DNA of 32,215 nt from Macrostomum lignano (taxonomy: Eukaryota): NCBI GenBank assembly GCA_002269645.1, contig NIVC01003002.1, positions 1 to 32,215 on the forward strand, read 5' to 3'. Each line of letters starts with the position of its first letter. Position 1 is the stretch's first letter. Positions 1 through 10,100 of this stretch are shown here, piece by piece. The notes under the pieces are model-generated. The model was not told where the DNA came from. It searched no databases and saw nothing but the letters and a program-made list of their open reading frames with translations. A program made the position numbers and the translations under genes.

Positions 1-487
1 CTGATATGAGACACATTCAACACTATATGAGACATTCACACTGATATGAGACACATTCACACTGATATGAGAACATTCACACTGATATGACATTTCACAC
101 TGATGATGACATTCACACTGATATGAGACATTCACACTGATATGAGACATTCACACTGATATGAGACATTCACACTGTTATGAGACATTCACACTGATAT
201 GAGACATTCACATGATATGAGACATTCACACTGATATAGACATTCACACTGATATGAGACATTCCACTGATATGGGACACATTCACTGATATGAGACACA
301 TTCACACTGATATGGACACATTCACACTGATATGAACACATTCACACTGATATGGGACACATTCACACTGATATGAGACACATTCACACCGATATGGGAC
401 ACATTCACACTGATATGAAGACATTCACACGATATGAGACATTCAGCACTGATATGAGACATTCACACTGATATGAGATACACACTG
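1..487. repeat. 19-21 nt minisatellite (CTGATATGAGA[CA]CATTCACA), about 24 copies, runs off the window start
   Basis: Direct tandem repetition. Many single-base indels between copies suggest a noisy consensus or a degenerate array. Confidence 0.95.
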
Positions 488-1291
488 TGTTCAGTCTAGG
501 TTTCTTTAGCAGTGTACGTCATGACACGTAGTTTTGGCCTTCTGAATTTGGACCCGCCCGATTGCCACAATTGGTACCCTGTTTTTTTCAAACTAAATGT
601 TATTTTTTGGGCTCCATGTTTCTGTAATCCATATTTTATTTAAAGCATCAATAAAGGGTAAAGGGTAGATTAGAGGTATTAAGGTATTATGTTTAATTTC
701 TAAATTTTCCACTCATGTCAGCTGCATAAAAAGCTCAGATTCAGATTTTTACGTGATTGGTACGGATAGAAACTTCATAGACATTCAAATGTCCATTGAT
801 TGGTATATTTTGACATCTACATACAAATTAGTAATATTGTTTCACTGTACAAGTGCACTGGAGAGTTCACTTGAGCTTTCTAAGAATCTAACAGAATTTT
901 AACTATCAGATAAGCTTCTGAGTATACAGTATACTAATATTGTTTATGTTTTTTCTACAAATTAATAACAGCTCTAATAACTGCAATCTTTTCATAGGTT
1001 GCTGGCTGGCAAGTTAAAGTGCAGCTTCTTTTGTTTGCTAAAAGTTTAATGAATTTGCGTGTTGTTCTACACAAGTTTTATAACAATATCCTTTGCCTGA
1101 TTGGCCGCTTTTGCAATACTGCTATTAATAATATACTACTGCTAATGAGTAGTTATCAGCAATAGTCTCAGATTCCAATAGGCCATTTCAATTATCTATC
1201 TAAAATTTTAACAATATAATCCGACAGCAACTTTGCTAATGTTGCTGAAACGAAACACATTTTCTTGTTAATTTCTTTTTTTGTCTTTTAG

Positions 1292-2610
1292 CAGCAGCAG
1301 CAGCAGCAGCAGAGCAAAGACGCACAAAGCCGCGACAGAGCCAGATCAATGAGGCCGCTGCCTTCGTTGCCGTCGGGGAAAACTGCACTTCCACGACTGC
1401 CGCCTCGTTGCAGTAAAAATTTGTCGAATCTGCCAACCCAGAGTCAGAATCTGCCGTCTGCCAGTTTGAATCTGCCAACCCAGAGTCAGAATCTGCCGTC
1501 TGCAAGTTCGAATCTGCCAACCAGAATCAGAATCTGCCGTCTGCCAGTTTGAATCTGCCAACCCAGAGTCAGAATCTGCCGTCTGCCAGTTTGAATCTGC
1601 CAACCCAGAGTCAGAATCTGCCGTCTGCAAGTTCGAATCTGCCAACCCAGAGTCAGAATCTGCCGTCTGCCAGTTCGAATATGCCAACCCAGCGTCAGAA
1701 TCTGCCGTCTGCCAGTTCGAATCTGCCAACCCAGAGTCAGAATCTGCCGTCTGCCAGTTCGAATCTGCCAACCCAGAGTCAGAATCTGCCGTCTGCAAGT
1801 TCGAATCTGCCAACCCAGAGTCAGAATCTGCCGTCTGCCAGTTCGAATATGCCAACCCAGCGTCAGAATCTGCCGTCTGAAAGTTCGAATCTGTCAACCC
1901 AGAGTCAGAATCTGTCGTCTGCAAGTTCGAATCTGCCAACCCAGCGTCAGAATCTACCATCTGCAAGTTCGAAACTGCCAACCCAGCATCAAAATCTACC
2001 GTCTGCCAGTTCGATTCTGCCAACCCAGAGTCAGAATCTGTCGTCTGCCAGTTCGAAACTGCCAAAAAAGCGTCAGAATCTGCCATCTGCCAGTTCCATT
2101 CTGGCATCCTTGCGTCAGAATCTGCGCCAAAAACCGTTGCCGCCGTCGAAGCCGCCGCCGCAGCCGCCTCCGCCAACAATAAATCGGTTGCCAAGTACCG
2201 GCGGACTGCCTCGTCCGCCGCCGCCGCCGCCTCCGCCGAAGCCACCGAAGCCGACGATTGATCGCGCTAGGCCGGCTTCGAACTCGCCGTCGCCGCCGCC
2301 AGTCTGGAAGCCGATTCGAATCGAGCCCAAGCCGCGCCGGGTCATTCAATTCGGAGCTGGCGAATCGGCCAGCCCGCCTGTGGAAACGGATGAACAGGGC
2401 AGCAAAGATGAGAGTGAACTCTATGCCAGCGTTGCTTCCGGTCCTGCAGAAGCAGCAAAACTAGCAGAAGAAGAAGACAAAGAAGACGATGAGGATGCAT
2501 TTTTTGACCGAGCAATGGACGCTCTTCGCGCCAGATCTATGGCTATTCGAAACAAAGCCGATCAAGAGCGGCTTCAACATCTTATAAACAGGCATGGCAG
2601 TGACGGTTAA
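1292..2610 (+). CDS. Terminal coding exon of an unidentified low-complexity protein: Q7, about 16.6 x 14-aa repeat (NLPTQSQNLPSASS), polyproline tract, acidic C-terminus. One 1-nt frameshift at about 1521.
   Basis: Strong acceptor (tttcttttttgtcttttag, ending 1291). The phase-0 frame QQQQQQQSKDAQSRDRARSMRPLP is continuous with track ORF 1349-1552. A missing C (CC vs consensus CCC at 1521-1522) shifts into track ORF 1549-2610, which ends at TAA 2608-2610. Repeat copies show synonymous changes (GCC/GCA, CTG/CTA, CCG/CCA) and no stops. Confidence 0.75.
1427..2124 (+). repeat. Coding 42-nt tandem repeat built from two related 21-nt halves (AATCTGCCAACCCAGAGTCAG + AATCTGCCGTCTGCCAGTTCG)
   Basis: 16 full units plus a partial unit. 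Copies diverge towards the 3' end. Confidence 0.95.
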
Positions 2611-2949
2611 CTTTAGTTTTTTTGTGTTTCATTTTAATTTCTTCTAGACTTTCATTTTGTTTTTATATATTGGCGCCAAAGTCTTTTGGGTTCGTTGTAA
2701 ATTTTTATCGCAATATGCTATTAGTACTACTGCCTTTATTGTTTTTATTGTCGGTTAGAAAAATCGACCTTAACTTTTGTGCTAATCATGCTTATCTGTT
2801 TTGCTTCCCAGACTATATGTCTTTTTACATCTATATGTTTCCTTGGTTGCTTGTAAATTTGAAGGGCAGGGTGAGGTGTATAAATCCTACATTACATATA
2901 TTGAGGTGACATGTCTATGTCATAGATATTGGGGTCAGATGTTTATGCT

Positions 2950-3592
2950 CTGCATCATCGATAGGAGTGAGATGTCTGGGCCCTGCATCATAGATAGGAG
3001 TGAGATGTCTGGCTGGCCCCTGCATCATAGATAGGAGTGAGATGTCTGGCTGGCCCCTGCATCATAGATAGGAGTGAGATGTCTGGCTGGCCCCTGCATC
3101 ATAGATAGATGTGAGATGTCTGGCAGCTGCATCATAGATAGGGGTGAGATGTCTGGCAGCTGCATCATAGATAGGGGTGAGATGTCTGGCTGGCCCCTGC
3201 ATCATAGATAGATGTGAGATGTCTGGGCCCTGCATCATAGATAGGGGTGAGATGTCTGGGCCCTGCATCATAAATAGGGGTGAGATGTCTGGGCCCTGCA
3301 TCATAAATTGGGGTGAGATGTCTGGCTGGCCCCTGCATCATAGATAGGGGTGAGATGTCTGGCTGGCCCCTGCATCATAGATAGGGGTGAGATGTCTGGC
3401 TGGCCCCTGCATCATAGATAGGGGTGAGATGTCTGGCTGGCCCCTGCATCATAGATAGGGGTGAGATGTCTGGCCCCCGCATCATAGATAGATGTGAGAT
3501 GTCTGGGCCCCGCATCATAGATAGGGGTGAGATGTCTGGCTGGCCCCAGCATCATAGATAGGGGTGAGATGTCTGGGCCCTGCATCATAGAT
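2950..3592. repeat. 33-37 nt minisatellite (CTGCATCATAGATAGGGGTGAGATGTCTGG[CTGG]CCC), about 18 copies
   Basis: Direct tandem repetition with a 4-nt indel variant (with or without CTGG). Confidence 0.95.
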
Positions 3593-4484
3593 ATTGATAT
3601 GTAAAATAGATATATTAAAGTCCTGTTTTGCAAATATAGTCATTTGTTTCAGTGTGCATATTCTTACCGGATTATCCCACAGCTGATTATGCCAGCCCCT
3701 CTATTTTTCCTCTCGTGTCGAGCAAACTCGCCTCGCGAAGCCTTGAACAGCAAGCATCGCATTTGTTAATATACGAGCTACTACTCGTGTACAGAAATTA
3801 TTCTGTTTTGATGTATCAATTTTTATGTATTCCCTCTGCTGTGACCAGTGAGTTGGCTTAAATTGGTAATAAAACAGCTATATTGGCAAATATTTAGATT
3901 TAAGCTGATTGTTTTTGCATTTTGCATGAAAATATGCCCCGACATTTGTCTCTAAACTTTGTAGACATTAAGCAACCATAAACCCCCTTTTTGTTGCTGT
4001 TGCTCCAATTTATTTGTTTTCGGTTCAACACTTGACAGCTTAAACAGTATGCATTAATTCGCTTACAAATATATTTTATTTATAAGCGCCATTTTTGGTC
4101 TGAAAGACCTTGGAACAAATATTGCTTTTTCACCAGCTATAATCTTTAACAACACCTTTAACCCTAACTGCGAATACACGACATTCAAACGACTGTTATA
4201 AGAATTATAAACCAATAATCACGTTTTTTTCGAATTCTGAGCAATGAGCAACTCATGTTTAACTTAGTCTAAACGATTCTCGCGAGGGCTTGCTATTTCA
4301 GTTTTAAAGGGCTATAGATTACAGAAGCACATGATGCAGAAGTCATGATAAAGTCCTGTTGAAAACAATTGCTTTTCAAGTAGGTCCTTTAACGACCCGT
4401 TCACTGATAGTGAAGCTCAGTCAGTCCCTCGATGACAAATCAAGATCAGTTTAGTTCATTTGTAAATTCATTAGCTCAGTTCAC

Positions 4485-5460
4485 CAGTGGCACAATTTGA
4501 GTCTCAGTTTTTATCAGTGACGCAATTTGAGGCACAATGAATTAGCGACACATTTTGAGGCCCACTTTCATTAGTGACACAATTTGAGGCTCACTTTCAT
4601 CAGTGACACAATTTGAGGCTCAGTTTTTATCAGTGACACATTTTGAGGCTCACTTTCATCAGTGACAAATTTTGAGGCTCAGTTTCATCAGTGACACAAT
4701 TTGAGGCCCAGTTTTTATCAGTGACGCAATTTGAGGCACAATGAATTAGTGACACATTTTGAGGCTCACTTTCATCAGTGACACAATTTGAGGCCCAGTT
4801 TTTATCAGTGACGCAATTTGAGGCACAATGAATTAGTGACACATTTTGAGGCTCACTTTCATCAGTGACACAATTTGAGGCCCAGTTTTTATCAGTGACG
4901 CAATTTGAGGCACAATGAATTAGTGACACATTTTGAGGCTCACTTTCATCAGTGACACAATTTGAGGCTCAGTTTTTATCAGTGACACATTTTGAGGCTC
5001 AGTTTCATCAGTGACACAATTTGAGGCCCAATTTTTATCAGTGACGCAATTTGAGGCTCAGTTTTTATCAGTGACGCAATTTGAGGCTCAGTTTTTATCA
5101 GTGACGCAATTTGAGGCTCAGTTTTTATCAGTGACGCAATTTGAGGCTCAGTTTCATCAGTGACACAATTTGAGGCTCAGTTTTCATCAGTGACGCAATT
5201 TGAGGCCCAGTTTTTATCAGTGACGCAATTTGAGGCACAATGAATTAGTGACACATTTTGAGGCTCACTTTCATCAGTGACACAATTTGAGGCTCAGTTT
5301 TCATCAGTGACGCAATTTGAGGCTCACTTTCATCAGTGACAATTTGAGGCTCAGTTTTTATCAGTGACGCAATTTTGAGGCTCACTTTCATCAGTGACAA
5401 TTTGAGGCTCAGTTTTTATCAGTGACGCAATTTGAGGCTCAGTTTCATCAGTGACACAAT
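4485..5460. repeat. About 28-30 nt minisatellite (CAGTGACACAATTTGAGGCTCAGTTTTTAT and variants), about 33 copies, with a local 87-nt three-monomer higher-order repeat
   Basis: Direct tandem repetition. The 87-nt period shows as a 29-aa repeat in antisense track ORF 4630-4929. Confidence 0.95.
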
Positions 5461-5586
5461 GTGGCAAATTAGGCAAAAAATTAGGCAAATTCAACACGCT
5501 TGACTCAAAGCCAGCAATGTGGCTTTGCTATATCACACAATGCCATGTAATAAAGATTTATATTACCGTTGCACTCTGTCAAACAG

Positions 5587-6177
5587 CAAATGCCAACAAT
5601 GCCAACACTCATCATGCATTACCAAACACAGCAAGAGCGCCAGCGCAGTCGCAATCTCAGTGCGCACCTGGCCTTGGCAAACTGTTCATTAATTCCGGCC
5701 AAGCAAGATTTCGAATGCCCGATCTGCATCACGGACGTATCGGCAGAGTGCGATGCGGACGGCATTCAATTGCGCGACTGCGGCCACGAGGTGTGCCGAG
5801 AGTGCCTGCGCCAGCACCTGCTCCACGCCGACTCCATGCCAGTCCGCTGTCCGCACGATCAGTGCCAGCAGACGGTGACCGATTCGGAGGCCAACCAGTT
5901 GCTAACCAGTCAAGAATTCGACCGGTTGCAACGGTTGGGCCTTCGACAAGCCGAAGCTGTCATACCCAACACGTTCCACTGCGTGGCGCCTAACTGCGAC
6001 GCCTTCGTTGAGCTGGCCGAAGATGTTAACAGCTTCGAGTGCATGCTGTGCGGCCTGCACAACTGCGTCACGTGTCGGGCCTCGCATCCGGGCGTCAGCT
6101 GTCGGCGATACCAGAACCAGCTGAGGATTGACGCTAAGAATAATAAGGAGGCCCAGCTCAATCTGACGCACCTGGAG
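5587..6177 (+). CDS. RBCK1: HOIL-1/RBCK1-like RBR E3 ubiquitin ligase, exon encoding RING1 and IBR
   Basis: RING1 (CPIC..LRDCGHEVCREC..CP..C) and IBR (FHCVAPNC..DVNSFECMLC..NCVTCRASH..SC..YQ) match remembered human HOIL-1 (CPVC..LRECLHTFCREC; YHCKTPDC..DVNEFTCPVC..NCLLCKAIH..NCKEYQ). Upstream HYQTQQERQRSRNLSAH matches QYQQRKQQQQEGNYLQH. Acceptor aaacag at 5586; donor GAG|gtgagc at 6177/6178, phase 0. The 5' boundary is uncertain (first ATG is at 5590). Confidence 0.9.
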
Positions 6178-6200
6178 GTGAGCGCTGCTGCGGCTGGGAC

Positions 6201-6976
6201 AGGGGCCTGAGGTGGATTAGTGATAGGGGCCTGAGGCGGATTAGTGATAGGGGGCTGAGGCGGATTAGTGATAGGGGCCTGAGGCGGATTAGTTATATAA
6301 GACTGAGGCGGATTAGTGATATGGGACTGAGGCGGATTAGTGATAGGGGCCTGAAGCGGATTAGTGATAGGGGCCTGAGGCGGATTATTTATATGAGACT
6401 GAGGCGGATTAGTGATATGGGACTGAGGCGGATTAGTGATAGGGGCCTGAGGCGGATTATTTATATGAGACTGAGGCGGATTAGTGATATGGGACTGAGG
6501 CGGATTAGTGATAGGGGCCTGAGGCGGATTAGTGATAGGGGACTGAGGCAGATTAGTGATAGGGGCCTGAGGCGGATTAGTGATAGGGGCCTGAGGCGGA
6601 TTATTTATATGAGACTGAGGCGGATTAGTGATATGGGACTGAGGCGGATTAGTGATAGGGGCCTGAGGCGGATTAGTGATAGGGGCCTGAGGCGGATAAG
6701 TGATAGGAGCCTGAAACGGATTAGTGCAATAGCTAGAAGCCTGAAATGGATTGGTGATACGGGCCTGAGGCGGATTAGTGATACGGGCCTGAGGCGGATT
6801 AGTGATAAGGGACTGAGGCAGATTAGTGATAGGGGACTGAGACAGATTAGTGATAGGGGACTGAGGCAGATTAGTGATAGGGGACTGAGGCGGATTAGTG
6901 ATGAGGGACTGAGGCGGATTGATTAGTGTGATAAAACTGATAGGATTAGTGAGATGAGATGAGGCAGATTAGTGAT
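6201..6976. repeat. 24-nt minisatellite (GGGGCCTGAGGCGGATTAGTGATA), about 32 copies, filling the RBCK1-like intron 6178-7056
   Basis: Direct tandem repetition between the donor at 6178 and the acceptor at 7056. Confidence 0.95.
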
Positions 6977-7056
6977 CGGCTCAGCGGGTGCCGCATGGCG
7001 GGGCTCAGACTCGTCTAATGAAAGCAACACAAAGCAATTGCTTTTATTCACCGCAG

Positions 7057-7281
7057 AAAATGGTGAAATCCGGCGAGGCAATGAACTGCCCGAACTGCCA
7101 GGTGTTCCTGCAGAAGAAGGAGGGATGCGACTGGCTGGCCTGTTCGATGTGCCAAACCGAGATCTGCTGGGCTACCCGGGGACCCAGGTGGGGCCCAGGC
7201 GGCAAAGGCGACACCTCCGGAGGCTGCAAGTGTCGCTTGAATGGACGGCTGTGCCATCCAGAGTGCCAAAACTGTCACTGA
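7057..7281 (+). CDS. RBCK1: HOIL-1/RBCK1-like terminal exon: RING2 with catalytic Cys and the HOIL-1-specific C-terminal Cys/His extension
   Basis: Acceptor ttttattcaccgcag at 7056, phase 0. [74 protein letters not shown] closely matches the remembered HOIL-1 C-terminus ([51 protein letters not shown]). Confidence 0.93.
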   Translation, partial: KMVKSGEAMNCPNCQVFLQKKEGCDWLACSMCQTEICWATRGPRWGPGGKGDTSGGCKCRLNGRLCHPECQNCH

Positions 7282-9272
7282 AAAGTACTGGTTGGGTCAA
7301 TGTACTTTTAGAAAAATTATGTGCCAGAATTTTCACTTTATTAGTATCCGTGTTAAGATAATGCGCTTTTAACAGCCTGGTTTGTACTCATTACGTACTG
7401 TAGCCTTATAATAGTTAATTTTGAGTTTCTTTGTTTCAATGAAACTGTGCTCAGACTGCAACCAAGACTATCTGTGTGCATAATTTTTAGCTTAGTCTAA
7501 ATTTATATAGAAATTGCCATTTTTCAAAACTTTCTATTCCGCCGATGAATATCGCTTTTAATTGTATGAGCGTGCATGTACATCCGTGAATTCTATTTTC
7601 TACTTGCATTGCCTGCAGTGACTCCAGTGAGTCACAGAATTCGCGCATTCAATCAAGTTTTATTTCTCTGGGAAATTTGTTTTATATTATAAAATGTTTT
7701 TCTTTAATTTTGCTACTTGCTCACCAAAGCTATATTTTCCTTGAAGTATTGTTGCATCCAATGTAGTCCACGACTGTCGCTTCTACTTTATATGGGTCTT
7801 TAAATACTCTAGTAAAATTGCGAAAAATATTCTAGCTATTTATACTCGTAAAGTGTTGGTTTATCATATTTTTATGAATGATAATTTTCATGAGAAAAAA
7901 ATTATATTCTTATTCTTGTAATATACTGTATTCCTTGAATGATAAAAAACAATGCCTTTCTAAACATTCCTAAAATACAAATGACTACTCTTAAGGAATA
8001 TCTCACATGAAAACTTTTAAAAGCTATAGGACCACAGAGTTTCATGACCTAAAGAGACCTTAAAAAGCTACGAGTATTTTTAAAATCAAGCACGGATCCA
8101 GAATTTTACCACTCAGATACTTCAATTTCCAACTCCAACTCAAAGAAAATTTTTATCTGCGATAAGACTATTCAGACGCTGAAGCGATTGCTTGAAACCA
8201 AGGAGAAACGAAATCTGCATGTGTAGTGCTATTAACGACAATAAAGGAAGTGCAAACTCTTGAAGCCGATTTTCAAGCTCCCACGGTGTCGTGTTTTGTC
8301 CGTGGCCAAAATTTTGTATAAAAGCACGCGCTTCTACCTCATGTTTGATACTTTAAGTGTAGGCTTCTTTTTCATAATGAGTGCAGCCTTTACATTGTAT
8401 GGTCTTTGGCTGCAGCAATAGTGCAAAAGAAGCGGCTGTCTCGTTTTGAGGTACAAAAACAATTTAGAATGTCTCAGCTCGTTGATACACTCGACACGAG
8501 CCGGAAAGCCGTATAATATAGGTTTAAATAATAGTTAAAACAAAAGGAATCAAATTTTAAGCAAAGAAATAAAAAAGTAAAATTTATATTAAGTAAATTT
8601 TTTATTTTTTAGTTTTTTAAAACGAAGTAGCAATTTTTTTATTAACTGGTAAAAAAAGTGTTTTGCTTTGAGCATTGCAGAAAAAACTTTGTGACTGTTT
8701 ATTTATTCTTGACTTTTTTTTCTGCGTTCTGCAAGCAAGCAAGGCAAGGCATCGTATATCATTATAGAAAATTCAGATTAGTTAATACGGAATTGATTTT
8801 CTCCTTTTTCGTTATAAAACTCGGTAGTTGTCATTACCTGCTAATTTATATACTTAATCACTCGTCAGAAGTTTTAATGTACTGTTAATGTCTTTCTTTC
8901 ACGACTCTAAAAATAGGTAGGCCTAATGGAAGGATTGAGTGGTGATGATAATGTAATAGTACATTAAATAATTTTGTCATTTTATATAAAATATACTATT
9001 CGTACATGAAACATTTAGTGGGTGTTTTTATTTTTGTTCTTCCTTTTTTTATTCCCTTTTTGAAATTATTCAACCTGTTTAAGTTTTCTAATTTTAAGTC
9101 CAGTTTTTAGCTCGATAATGATGGACATTTTTTATTAGGCCTATAGTCAATGATGACACAATTTTAGTATATTTGACTATATAGATAATTCGCTTTTTCA
9201 TTTTAATACAATATTATTAGACTCAAAAGTTAGAACTAGATTCATTCTAGTTTAGTATTCACTATTCATTAA

Positions 9273-9867
9273 GGCAGTGCTTATCCCCACGGTACCGTAG
9301 GAATAATTTCTGTCTTATTCCAACGGTACCGTGGGGATAATTTTCTGCTTATCCGCACGGCACATTGACGAGATAGCTGCCCCATCTTCTACATATGCCG
9401 TGGGAATAATTTTCTGCTTATCCGCACGGGTGAATTGTTGAAGCAATGCAATAATCTATACAAACAAATTGAGAATTTACATGTCTAGTAAGAAGTCTAC
9501 AGAAGCAGCGGCAATGGACTTTTCAGGGATGTCGGGATTTAAAGACTAGTTGCTAAAAGTTCTTAAATTGTAAACAATTACTAGAGCAATTTATCTTAAA
9601 TCATATGTCATAAATACAAAAAAGTGTTTTTTTGCGTAACAAGGCCATTAAATCTTTACTTCTATCAAAATAATAGCCAAGCAAAGTTATGTTGTTATAT
9701 TGCACTTAAACCGTAAGTACTAAACTAAATTATGAACCCACGGCATATGTGGAAGATGGGCAGCTGTCTCGTCAGTGTGCCGTGCGGATAAGCAGAAAAT
9801 TATCCCCACGGTACCGTTGGAATAAGACAGAAATTATTCCTACAGTACTGTGGGGATAAGCACTGCC
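9273..9867. mobile_element. 595-bp non-autonomous DNA transposon (MITE), Mutator/MULE-Foldback type
   Basis: About 131-bp terminal inverted repeats (9273-9404 and 9737-9867, termini GGCAGTGC/GCACTGCC, few mismatches). Identical 9-bp flanking direct repeat ATTCATTAA at 9264-9272 and 9868-9876. No transposase ORF. A 9-bp TSD with long G-starting TIRs is characteristic of MULEs. Confidence 0.9.
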
Positions 9868-10100
9868 ATTCATTAATTTTGGTATTATATATAGGCCTAA
9901 GATTTAAGAACTTTGTATCTTTCACTTTGCTAGGGGCCTAGACTAATAACTAATGTAAGACATTTTTTGTATTTTCAAACAAAAGATAAAACTAAAATAA
10001 TATAGCAATTTAATTGATAAAAATTGAGCTAAAAATTGCAATTTGCATGAAATGTTTTTTTTGGAATTTAGATATGTTAAATCATACTGACTTTTAATAG

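Noticed and set aside
998-1160. Possible small exon after ttttcatag at 997
   Set aside because: No convincing frame, donor or motif; it could be UTR or chance.
1427-2124. Resemblance of the heptads to the RNA polymerase II CTD (YSPTSPS)
   Set aside because: Only Pro-Thr/Ser at positions 3-4 match; there is no Tyr1 or Ser-Pro motif, and the flanks are not RPB1-like.
1346-2245. 299-aa antisense ORF (ADSNWQTADSDSGL repeats)
   Set aside because: It is the mirror of the plus-strand coding repeat. The plus frame has the splice acceptor, synonymous variation and a unique C-terminus.
2606-5587. Splicing the 1292-2610 exon to the RBCK1-like exon as one gene
   Set aside because: The only nearby donor (G|gttaac at 2606) is poor and phase 1, whereas the 5587 acceptor is phase 0. 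The candidate bridging exon at 3653 has no recognisable protein features. Not excluded without cDNA.
6321-6926. 201-aa GLRRISDR repeat ORF
   Set aside because: It lies wholly within the GT-AG intron whose removal joins the HOIL-1 IBR and RING2 regions exactly as in the known protein.
7950-8460. Moderately GC-balanced stretch that might be a decayed transposase or RT fragment (likewise about 18100-18650)
   Set aside because: All frames I translated contain multiple stops and no recognisable catalytic motif. It needs a BLASTX/Dfam search.
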